A stretch of DNA of 63,556 nt, counting the filler, from an uncultured Methanosarcinales archaeon (GTDB lineage Archaea; Nanobdellota; Nanobdellia; Woesearchaeales; CAYNLP01): the NCBI GenBank assembly GCA_964398115.1. It is 3 parts of 3 records of this genome, joined end to end, with 100 filler letters (N's around TTAATTAATTAA, not from the genome) between each part and the next. Parts side by side here need not be neighbours in the genome. Positions count along the whole stretch, not along the records: positions 1 to 26,594 come from CAYNLP010000012.1; 2 more parts are not named here. The stretch is one strand, 5' to 3'. Of the stretch, positions 9,394-17,833 are shown piece after piece. Position 1 is the stretch's first letter. Each line of letters opens with the position of its first letter. A program made the position numbers and the translations under genes. Below the pieces are notes generated by a model. That model worked only from the letters and a program-made list of their open reading frames with translations, made no database searches and was not told the origin of the DNA.

Positions 9394-9596
9394 CTTTCAC
9401 TCCACTCTTTTCTCGCTTCTCTTCTCTTTTTTCTGATAGAGTCTAGATCTGCGTCTTTTAGGGCGCCGGCGTATTTCATTATGTCTTTTTTATCTGCTTT
9501 GAGTGAGAGTATGACTTCTGAGAAGCTTTTGTCCCCTTTCATCTTTTTTAGGAAGTCGTATGCCTCGTCCGTTATGCTTATAGTCTTAGTTCCCAT
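9390..9596 (-). CDS. vapB: Archaeal VapB-type antitoxin
   Basis: MGTKTISITDEAYDFLKKMKGDKSFSEVIL; 4-nt overlap with vapC. Confidence 0.85.
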   Translation of the reverse strand: MGTKTISITDEAYDFLKKMKGDKSFSEVILSLKADKKDIMKYAGALKDADLDSIRKKRREARKEWSER

Positions 9597-9696
9597 ATGT
9601 ATATGTACACGTATTTGCACTTTATATATTTTATTCAACAAAAACCGGAAAAATATTACCAATATTTAAATAAAAGTTCTTAATAAAAAAATCCTA

Positions 9697-10803
9697 ATGT
9701 ACCAATTCAAGAAAAAACCACTTACAGAACGATTGAAAGACACTTTCTACTTATTAAAAAACACTTTTACAGTAGTTCCAAAAGACGAAGATATTAAGAA
9801 ACCAACCACCCGCATGACCTTACTAACATTTCTCATAATAACCATTAACTTCTACGCGTTCTACACATTCCTTTCCGGAAACAACGTAATTACCGGAATT
9901 GCAGCTTTACTCTTCAACTTTTTTATACTCCTGCCCTTCCGAGTTTTCTTCGACGTGAGAAACAAAGCCGATCAAAGCTGGATAACATACAATGCAATCA
10001 TAGGAAAAGACGTCAGCCAAGACCAAGCACACGAACACACCGGACAAAGAAAATCAACTTTGAGGAAAATGGCTGGTATAGACTTAGCCATGAAAATTGC
10101 GAAAAGCCAACAAGGCGAAGCTAAAGGTATAACAGGGGTTTTACTCAACCTATTCCTAGCAGCTCTAACTGAAGCTTGGGATTTAGTGATACACTTCCTA
10201 ATGCCCGCAGTGATAGTAGAAGAAAAAGGTATCAAAGAAGTACTCCCCCGGATTAAAAGTTTGAAAGAAAACGTTCCAGCATCTCTAACAGGCGTCTTCG
10301 GTATAGACTTCGCTGGACACGTAGTTAGCTCGATACTCTGGCCGATCTACATATTATTCCTCTTAATAGGCATAGGGATCGGAACGTTGATACCTGCAAA
10401 CACTGTAACCGTGTTCGGATTTACTTTCTCCTGGATTCCAGTCTTAATCATGCTATACATAGTAATCCTCGCCGGCAGTATAGTCAAAGAAATAACAGAA
10501 TCTGTCAAAGTAATATACTTCACCATATTCTACACTTCTATAACCAGGCCTCAAAAAATGAGTGCTGATATTAGAAAAGAAATGACGAACTATCTCAAAA
10601 TGGAAAAAGATGGAGGGGGTAGCGAAATAAATCAATCGAATTCTCAAAGCCAAGTGAGTGATTACACAAAGAAACTAGCAAACTATATTGAATACTACAC
10701 GAACGAAGGAACTAGCGAAGAAGAAATCCACAACTACTTATTAGAAGAAGGATACAGCAAAGAAGACATAGAAAAAGCAGAAAGATATCTAGAACGAAAA
10801 TAA
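9697..10803 (+). CDS. Multi-pass membrane protein, unknown function
   Basis: 368 aa, about 5-6 hydrophobic segments, soluble C-terminal helical domain. Confidence 0.7.
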   Translation: MYQFKKKPLTERLKDTFYLLKNTFTVVPKDEDIKKPTTRMTLLTFLIITINFYAFYTFLSGNNVITGIAALLFNFFILLPFRVFFDVRNKADQSWITYNAIIGKDVSQDQAHEHTGQRKSTLRKMAGIDLAMKIAKSQQGEAKGITGVLLNLFLAALTEAWDLVIHFLMPAVIVEEKGIKEVLPRIKSLKENVPASLTGVFGIDFAGHVVSSILWPIYILFLLIGIGIGTLIPANTVTVFGFTFSWIPVLIMLYIVILAGSIVKEITESVKVIYFTIFYTSITRPQKMSADIRKEMTNYLKMEKDGGGSEINQSNSQSQVSDYTKKLANYIEYYTNEGTSEEEIHNYLLEEGYSKEDIEKAERYLERK

Positions 10804-10834
10804 TTTTAACCGGAATAATTTTCTAACCAGAAAT

Positions 10835-11095
10835 ATGAACTTCATACTGATATTCCTAGTCGGTTTGATACTAGGACTTTCTGCCAACTTTTTACAAAAA
10901 TATCAAAAACAAATAGATTTGACAACCAATTCTCTATTAATATTGATGCTGTTCTTCATCGGCGCAAGCATAGGCAGCCATCACGAAATATTTAACCAAA
11001 TAGTAGAAATCGGATATCAATCATTACTACTCGCCCTACTACCTATAATAGGATCTTTTGCAATATTCGCATCGATAAAGAGGTGGGTGAATTGA
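10835..11095 (+). CDS. LysO-family exporter, small subunit/N-terminal half
   Basis: 3 TMs; LLILMLFFIGASIG. Confidence 0.7.
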   Translation: MNFILIFLVGLILGLSANFLQKYQKQIDLTTNSLLILMLFFIGASIGSHHEIFNQIVEIGYQSLLLALLPIIGSFAIFASIKRWVN

Positions 11096-11679
11096 TTCGA
11101 TACGTCTTTCTCTCCCTCATCAGCGGAGCATTATTCGGATACTTCAACATACTCTCCCAAAACCTGTTAGACAATATAAGCCAAGTCCTCCTACTAGCCC
11201 TGGGATTCATAATAGGGATAGACATCGGCGTGAACAAACACGTCTTCAAAGACTTGAAACAAACAGGATTCAAAGTATTACTCATACCAGCTTCGGTCAT
11301 AATAGGAAGTTTAGGAGGAGCAGCAGCCGTTTCGACAATCTCTGATTTGGCACTGAACGAAACGTTAGCAATAGGCAGCGGGATGGGATTTTACAGCCTG
11401 ACCACAGTACTCGTAACAAGTAATTTAGGACCTCAACTGGGAACGATAGCATTCGTCGCAAACATCTTAAGAGAACTCATAACCTTTGCCACGACTGCAT
11501 TTTTATCCAAGTATTCAAAAAACGCGCTGGTCGTGATGGGCGGCGCAACCGCTATGGACACAACACTGCCAATAATTAAGAAATACGGTGGTAGAAAAGT
11601 TGGATTGATAGCGGTCATCAGCGGGTTTATCATAACCTTGCTAGTGCCTGTACTCGTTCCATTCTTCGCTAACCTTTAG
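11083..11679 (+). CDS. LysO/DUF340-family lysine exporter
   Basis: GSGMGFYSL, NILRELI, GGATAMDTTLPII. Confidence 0.85.
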   Translation: MGELIRYVFLSLISGALFGYFNILSQNLLDNISQVLLLALGFIIGIDIGVNKHVFKDLKQTGFKVLLIPASVIIGSLGGAAAVSTISDLALNETLAIGSGMGFYSLTTVLVTSNLGPQLGTIAFVANILRELITFATTAFLSKYSKNALVVMGGATAMDTTLPIIKKYGGRKVGLIAVISGFIITLLVPVLVPFFANL

Positions 11680-11683
11680 AAAG

Positions 11684-11767
11684 TGCGGGTGGCAGGATTC
11701 GAACCTGCGAAGGCACTAAGCCCCTGCGCCCTGAACGCAGTCCGTTTGACCGCTCCGGCACACCCGC
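11684..11767 (-). tRNA. tRNA-Leu(CAG)
   Basis: Reverse strand GCGGGTG...CTGCG-TT-CAG-GG-CGCAG, long variable arm, GGTTCGAATCC, CACCCGC-A. Confidence 0.95.
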
Positions 11768-11850
11768 AAACTTTACTTCTGAAAAATCGGAGTTGGTTTT
11801 AAAATTTACTTTAAACAAGTTTTAAATACAAAGTTTTATTTTCTTCTTCC

Positions 11851-13056
11851 ATGGGAGAGGATTGGGTTCAAAAGTACCAGCCGAAAAGCGTGAATGAAAT
11901 ACAAGGCCAAAACAAACCAGTTGGACAGTTGAAAAACCATGTTGAAAAGCATGAGAAAGGCAGCAAACCAGTGTTGCTTCACGGGCCACCAGGTACGGGA
12001 AAGACTAGCGCGGTTTACGCAATCGCTGGCGACTTAAACCTGGAGGTTGTAGAAGTCAACGCTTCTGACGTGAGAAACAAGCAAAGCATTAAAGACGTCG
12101 TTGGCGGCGCGTTGGAACAACAAAGCTTATTCAGTCAAGGAAAAATAATACTAGTTGATGAAATCGACGGACTTAGCGGAAATCAAGACCGAGGAGGAAT
12201 TCAAGCTTTGACAAAGTTAATGAAAAACAGCAGCTATCCTATCATCTTCACCGCGAATGACCCATATGATCAAAAATTCTCCAAACTACGAAGGAAGTGT
12301 CGTATGATTCAATTCGGCAATTTAAACTATAGGAGTGTAGCGGCTAGGTTGAAAGACGTGATGAAAGCCGAAGGAATAGAATGGGAAGAAAACGCTTTGA
12401 AAAAACTAGCAAGGAGAGCAGACGGGGACATGAGGGGTGCTATCAACGACTTACAAACCATTGCTGGAGATGGTGAATTAACAGAAGAAGACTTGGAAGT
12501 TTTAGGTGTGAGGCAAAGAAAGGACAGCATTTTCGACGCTTTAAAGAGAGTTTTCAAAACAACAAATGCAGACGTTGCAAGAGGTGCTTATGACGAAATT
12601 GCAGAGGACTTAGATGAAATATTCTTGTGGTTGGAGAAAAACATTCCAAAAGAGTATAAGAAGCCAAAAGATTTAGCGAGGGCGTATGATGCGTTATCTA
12701 TCGCCGACGTTTTTTACGGCAGGATTCAAAGATGGCAACATTACCGCTTCTACGTATACTGCTATGACTTACTAAGTGCAGGTATAGCATTAGCGAAAGA
12801 TGAAAAATATGGAGGTTGGACGAAGTATCAGAGGAGTCAAAAACCGTTGAAGATTTGGCGTGCCAATAATAAGTTGAAGAAGAAAAAAGACATCGCTCAC
12901 AAAGTTGCAACAAAAACTCATACTTCAATTAGTAGAGCGATGCAAGATACAATCCCTTTCTTTAAGTTACCGTTTAATAAGAATGAAAGTTTTGCTACAG
13001 ACATTACAGGTTTCTTTGACTTAAGTGATGACGAAGTTGACTGGATGAAAGAATAA
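11851..13056 (+). CDS. rfcL: Replication factor C large subunit
   Basis: WVQKYQPKS, GPPGTGKTS, EVNASDVR, DEIDG, GDMRGAINDLQ. Confidence 0.93.
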   Translation: MGEDWVQKYQPKSVNEIQGQNKPVGQLKNHVEKHEKGSKPVLLHGPPGTGKTSAVYAIAGDLNLEVVEVNASDVRNKQSIKDVVGGALEQQSLFSQGKIILVDEIDGLSGNQDRGGIQALTKLMKNSSYPIIFTANDPYDQKFSKLRRKCRMIQFGNLNYRSVAARLKDVMKAEGIEWEENALKKLARRADGDMRGAINDLQTIAGDGELTEEDLEVLGVRQRKDSIFDALKRVFKTTNADVARGAYDEIAEDLDEIFLWLEKNIPKEYKKPKDLARAYDALSIADVFYGRIQRWQHYRFYVYCYDLLSAGIALAKDEKYGGWTKYQRSQKPLKIWRANNKLKKKKDIAHKVATKTHTSISRAMQDTIPFFKLPFNKNESFATDITGFFDLSDDEVDWMKE

Positions 13057-13058
13057 CT

Positions 13059-13183
13059 TTTGTATTTCTAAAAAAATTTTATATTATTTTTTTGTTTTTC
13101 CCAAATTTTTCTAGTATTTTATTTGTTTTTCCTAACTATATTTAAATAAGTGCTTGTTTTTTCCAAAAAATTTATATAACCTT
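13059..13183 (+). promoter_or_regulatory. Four ~31-bp-spaced TTGT(T/A)TTT(T)C boxes upstream of the Lrp gene
   Basis: Anchor G at 13062, 13094, 13125, 13156; TATA-like TTTATATA at 13171. Confidence 0.55.
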
Positions 13184-13246
13184 TATGTGATTTGTAAAAA
13201 TACGATTAGTGACTTACCAAAAACAATTCAGTGACGACGAGTTCCA

Positions 13247-14167
13247 GTGGACGACACAGACCAGAGGCTACTTGCAGCGATAACCGAAAACGCCCGAAAG
13301 CCNNNNNNNNNNTCACGAGAGGTAGCCGATTATCGTTTGAAAAAATTAGAAGAAGAGGTGATAAGGGGGTACCAAGCAAGACTAAATTTATCAAAATTCA
13401 CAAAGAGCTCACATATCATGTTCCTCCAACTCAAACGGTGGAAAGGGAGGGAGGAACAACATCACGTTCTCGATTTCTTGCGAGAAACATACCCCCATTG
13501 GATAGGGAGGGCGTCCGGTTATTGGGACGTCCTCTTCTTCTTTTCAATACCTCAAGATAAAACACTAAATGAGATACAAGACAAAATATACGACTACTTC
13601 GGAGACGATCTAAAACGACATAAAACCTTAACTATTTCTGAAGAATACAAAGACACATTTCAAGGCTTATTCAAACAAGAAGGTAAAGTAACAAATCATG
13701 GAAATTTCACTGGAGAATTGGATGACAAAGACAAAAAAATCCTAAAAATTCTTACTAAAGACGCGAGAACTTCCAACAAAGATATAGGAGAAAAAATAGG
13801 TTTAAGTAGTGAAGCCGTCAGATACAGGATACAAAAATTGGAAGAAAAAAACATAATTTTGAACTATCGTGTCGTCTATAATTTAGAAAGTTTGAATCAA
13901 AGAGCATACGCTGTAAGTCTAAAAACTTCCGGAGTGACAAGCAAAGAAGAAAAAGAAATTAACGAATTTGTTTCTAACATGCTTGACACAACCTTTGTCA
14001 GTCGAACCACTGGAGAACACACAACTTTTACAATAATGACAGCAGAAGAACTCGAAAGTTTTGAAAAGAAACTAAGAAAAATTAGACAAAAATTCGATAG
14101 TCACTTGTTAGACTTTGAAGTTTCCCCACTACTAGATTTTTCTAACGAACAAAAAGTCATGCTATAA
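13247..14167 (+). CDS. Lrp/AsnC-family regulator with two tandem HTH-RAM units (10-N gap inside)
   Basis: MDDTDQRLL..ENAR...YRLKKLEEE and LDDKDKKILKILTKDARTSNKDIGEKIGLSSEAVRYRIQKLEE. Confidence 0.85.
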   Translation: MDDTDQRLLAAITENARKXXXXSREVADYRLKKLEEEVIRGYQARLNLSKFTKSSHIMFLQLKRWKGREEQHHVLDFLRETYPHWIGRASGYWDVLFFFSIPQDKTLNEIQDKIYDYFGDDLKRHKTLTISEEYKDTFQGLFKQEGKVTNHGNFTGELDDKDKKILKILTKDARTSNKDIGEKIGLSSEAVRYRIQKLEEKNIILNYRVVYNLESLNQRAYAVSLKTSGVTSKEEKEINEFVSNMLDTTFVSRTTGEHTTFTIMTAEELESFEKKLRKIRQKFDSHLLDFEVSPLLDFSNEQKVML

Positions 14168-14810
14168 CTACTTTACAACTTGCTTTATCCCTAAAGGTTT
14201 GCGCATCTGTTTCGTCACCAGCCACTTCGCCATAGTGCATTGGAATGGCCACATCTGGCTTGATTTTTTCAACAGCTTCAACTGCTTCTTCAGCAGTCAT
14301 GACATAAGTACCGGACACAGGAATTAAAGCAATATCGCAATCCACTCCCTCCATTTCCTCTATGACATCAGCATCTCCAGTGTGATAGAGTTTGACACCG
14401 TCGAAATCCACAACATAACCAACGTGGCCATCCTCTTTTGGATGGAATGGCTGATCAGGAGCTCTAAACTTGTTAGTATTATACGCCGCTACGGTTTCAA
14501 CACTTAAACCGGCTACGTTAAAACTTTGTCCAGGTTGTACTGACTTCAAATCACCAACGTTTAAATTAGAAACTTTACTAACACTGTTGGTGTTAACCAC
14601 TAACGTAGTGTTGGCTCCACTTACTTTCTCAATATCTTCTGGATTACAATGATCATAATGTTCATGACTCACAAAGACAACATCGGCTTCATCTTCTCTA
14701 TCAACTTTGTAAGGGTCAAAATAAACCGTTTTCCCTGATCCTCGCACTCTAAAGCAATCATGGTTTACACGTTCAATATCTAATCCCATAACATCTACCA
14801 ACATAACCAC
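14157..14810 (-). CDS. MBL-fold metallo-hydrolase (UlaG-like)
   Basis: SHEHYDH, YHTGD, IPMHYG. Confidence 0.88.
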   Translation of the reverse strand: MVMLVDVMGLDIERVNHDCFRVRGSGKTVYFDPYKVDREDEADVVFVSHEHYDHCNPEDIEKVSGANTTLVVNTNSVSKVSNLNVGDLKSVQPGQSFNVAGLSVETVAAYNTNKFRAPDQPFHPKEDGHVGYVVDFDGVKLYHTGDADVIEEMEGVDCDIALIPVSGTYVMTAEEAVEAVEKIKPDVAIPMHYGEVAGDETDAQTFRDKASCKVVIA

Positions 14811-14919
14811 CTCACAGGAACGGAGGAATTATTTAGATTTTAAGAATGTTACGTAAACCGGTTCTCCTCTAATCTCACCAAAACCTTTATATAGATACGT
14901 TTAGATAGACAAACCCTGT

Positions 14920-15462
14920 ATGGCGTCAGTTTTCAGAGGAGCTTTGGATTTTTTCTCAAGGCTCGGAATATACGATGTAGTATTGCCGTTTCTTCTAGTT
15001 TTCACCATCGTATTTGCAATCTTAGAAAAGAGCAAAATTTTCGGAACTATCGAGAGCGATGGCAACGAATACACGAGGAAGAATTTAAACGCGATGGTCG
15101 CGTTCGTAACCGCCTTCCTAGTTATTGGAAGCAAACAACTCGTTAGCGTTATCAATCAAGCCGTGGCAAACGTGATGTTACTACTTGTCTTATCCATAAT
15201 GTTCATGATTTTAGCTGGTAGCTTCCACGGAGATGAAGAATTCAGCCTAAGTGGGGGGTGGAACAAAACATTTATGTGGATAATGTTTGTAGGCGTAGTA
15301 CTAATATTCCTTCACGCTTTAGGTTGGCTGCAAGGACTGTTAGGATACCTCGCAACTTATTGGAACAGCACTACCGTATCAAGTCTTGTACTCATAATAC
15401 TGGTAATAGGGCTAATGTTTTATATAACTAAAACACCAAATGAAGCACAGGAGGAAAGCTGA
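14920..15462 (+). CDS. Membrane protein, paralog 1 of 3
   Basis: LPFLLVFTIVFAILEKSKIFG; about 5 TMs. Confidence 0.75.
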   Translation: MASVFRGALDFFSRLGIYDVVLPFLLVFTIVFAILEKSKIFGTIESDGNEYTRKNLNAMVAFVTAFLVIGSKQLVSVINQAVANVMLLLVLSIMFMILAGSFHGDEEFSLSGGWNKTFMWIMFVGVVLIFLHALGWLQGLLGYLATYWNSTTVSSLVLIILVIGLMFYITKTPNEAQEES

Positions 15463-15464
15463 AA

Positions 15465-16037
15465 ATGGTTGTAAACTTTTATGACATGATGCACTGGTTG
15501 AGAGTTTGGGGAGTCGATGAAATCTTACTTCCTTTCTTACTAGTTTTCACAATAGTATACGCCGTGTTGAAAAAATCAAAGATTTTAGGTGACGATTCTG
15601 AACGTTTCAACAAAGTAATAGCCTTAATAATGGGCTTAGCTGTTGTCATACCACACAGTCTTGGAATGTATGGAAGGCCAAGCGTCGTAGATATTATAAA
15701 TAGAGCGTTGCCACAGGTCAGCCTGGTAGTGGTAGCTATAGTGATGTTCTTACTAATGGTTGGCATATTCGGAAAAGATGTTAGCTTTGCAGGTACAACC
15801 GCTAGTGGATGGGCTGTTTTTCTCTCCTTGATCGCAGTTTTCATAATATTCGGAAACGCGGCTGGATGGTTTGCAATGCCTGCAATTCTCTACTTTTTGA
15901 ACGATCCACAGATTCAATCCTTGGTCATAATCATCCTGGTGTTCGGCTTGGTTATCAAGTTCGTCACGGGAGAAGAAAGTGATGATGAAGGAGGATTCTC
16001 CAAGTTCCTCGATGACTTAGGAGACGTATACGAGTAA
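15465..16037 (+). CDS. Membrane protein, paralog 2 of 3
   Basis: LPFLLVFTIVYAVLKKSKILG; about 5 TMs. Confidence 0.75.
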   Translation: MVVNFYDMMHWLRVWGVDEILLPFLLVFTIVYAVLKKSKILGDDSERFNKVIALIMGLAVVIPHSLGMYGRPSVVDIINRALPQVSLVVVAIVMFLLMVGIFGKDVSFAGTTASGWAVFLSLIAVFIIFGNAAGWFAMPAILYFLNDPQIQSLVIIILVFGLVIKFVTGEESDDEGGFSKFLDDLGDVYE

Positions 16038-16043
16038 CTGAAA

Positions 16044-16652
16044 ATGGCAACCTTGCTTGACGTTGGACTTTTGCAGAACTTTTCAGGTATTTTTACATTC
16101 TTGCTAGTGTGGGTAGTGACATTTGGCGTTCTGGAATACACCAATCCAATGGGTGATGACAAGCAAGGGTTACACGCTTTGATATCTGTCGTGTTATCCT
16201 TTTTCGTCTTATTCTCAGGACAGGCTAGGGCTTTGTTTGAATTCATAGTTCCTTGGGCTACAGTACTCGCCTTAGCAGCGTTCTTCTTAATTTTCACAAT
16301 GGTAGCTTTTGGAAATGACGTGAGTGATGTGCACGAATGGGCAGATGGAGGTTTGAAAACTTGGGTTAGCATTCTTTTTGTTGTAATCTTATTATTCGGG
16401 CTTGGCGGGGTCTTCAGTGGTTCTAATCAGGATCAACAAAACCAGCAATACGTTCCTCCTCAGGATAACACAACTCAGAGTGGTTTAAGTGGTCAACAAG
16501 AAGGTTATCAAGGACAAACTACTCAGCAAGAAAGTGAAGAAGGATTTTCAGACATAATTGCTAGCGTATTTACAAATCCGCAGTTTCTAGGAGCGTTGTT
16601 CTTACTCTTGTTAGCGAGTTTTACTGTTGGTAATTTAAGCAAGACCAATTAG
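16044..16652 (+). CDS. Membrane protein, paralog 3 of 3 (Gln-rich loop)
   Basis: FTFLLVWVVTFGVLEYTNPMG; about 5 TMs. Confidence 0.72.
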   Translation: MATLLDVGLLQNFSGIFTFLLVWVVTFGVLEYTNPMGDDKQGLHALISVVLSFFVLFSGQARALFEFIVPWATVLALAAFFLIFTMVAFGNDVSDVHEWADGGLKTWVSILFVVILLFGLGGVFSGSNQDQQNQQYVPPQDNTTQSGLSGQQEGYQGQTTQQESEEGFSDIIASVFTNPQFLGALFLLLLASFTVGNLSKTN

Positions 16653-17251
16653 TTTTCTTTCTCTTCTTTTAAATCTTCAACCAGTTCTGTTAATTGACTT
16701 ACACTGTTGGCAAATTCAGGAATGATTTTAGAAAAAGCTTTCTCCATAGCTTTAATTTCAGCGCCCACGTTCATGATGTTCTTGTCATATTCTCCTACTT
16801 TTCCGATGACGGCGTCGTGTAGTTTGTCGAATCTTTCTTCCAAGTCGTTGATTTTACTTTCCATATCTTGTATTCGCTGTTCCGTGTCTTTTTTCCACTG
16901 TACGACTTTCCGAATGTTTTCTTCAATCTCTTCCCATTTTTCATCTATAATGCTTTCTACTAACTCTTCTACGCCTTCGTTAGTACTGGTGCTTGGTGGC
17001 CCGCTTGGTTGTGGCGGTCCTTGTGGGGGAGGGCTTTCATCTTGTACGTTTTGCATAATGTCTGGAAAGTCTTCAGTCACTTCTTCCACCTCTTTTGCAG
17101 GTTCCATATCTGCTTGTGACATCGCATCGAAAATCTGCGATGATTTATAACCGTCTTGTTGTAAGGTTTCTACGATTTTATCATCGCTCATCCCCTGTGC
17201 TTTCATCCTTTGAACTTGGTCGGTAGGGGTGTCTTGTGGACGGTCAGGCAT
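16649..17251 (-). CDS. Coiled-coil protein with Pro-rich linker
   Basis: EELVESIIDEKWEE, heptad-rich C-terminal half. Confidence 0.72.
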   Translation of the reverse strand: MPDRPQDTPTDQVQRMKAQGMSDDKIVETLQQDGYKSSQIFDAMSQADMEPAKEVEEVTEDFPDIMQNVQDESPPPQGPPQPSGPPSTSTNEGVEELVESIIDEKWEEIEENIRKVVQWKKDTEQRIQDMESKINDLEERFDKLHDAVIGKVGEYDKNIMNVGAEIKAMEKAFSKIIPEFANSVSQLTELVEDLKEEKEN

Positions 17252-17293
17252 GTCTGGAAAATACGAGTGAGAGTATTTAAACCTTTTGAACCT

Positions 17294-17722
17294 TTATTCT
17301 TCTTCCAAGACTTCTTCTAATTTCTTTCTCAGTTGTTCTCTCGTGATAAACCGTCCTGGATTCCATAAGTCAATGTATTTCTCTACTACTTTGAACTCGT
17401 GTTCTTTAACAGTATTGTCCATTTCTGAAGTTATAGCGCTGAGTTTATCTTTCAAATCTCTAATCATGTGTTTCAAGTCTGTCAAGTCTTCTTCTATCGC
17501 TTTTATATCACTCCGTAAGTCTTTTTCAAATTCTAATAAGTTGTTGTCAGCTAATTGAGACTTATTCCTTAAAGTCGTGTATTGTTCTTCTAACACTCGA
17601 AGCCTGCTCCCAAGTGCAGATATGTTTTGTGAAATATTGGAGTAAGCGTTTTCGTCAGAACTTTTTTCTCTAACGTGTTGTTCAGGTTCTGGTTGGTCCG
17701 GGAACAAGTCAGGATCTGCCAT
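17294..17722 (-). CDS. Coiled-coil protein
   Basis: RLRVLEE...VEKYIDLWNP.RFITRE; RBS AGGTGA. Confidence 0.72.
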   Translation of the reverse strand: MADPDLFPDQPEPEQHVREKSSDENAYSNISQNISALGSRLRVLEEQYTTLRNKSQLADNNLLEFEKDLRSDIKAIEEDLTDLKHMIRDLKDKLSAITSEMDNTVKEHEFKVVEKYIDLWNPGRFITREQLRKKLEEVLEEE

Positions 17723-17833
17723 TGTTCACCTATCTTTATGTTGTATCTTTGACTTATAACTCTTGCTGTTCGGTGGTAATATTTATATACTTTGTTCGAG
17801 AAGAAAGTATTTAAAGTAAGGTGAGGGAGTTAT

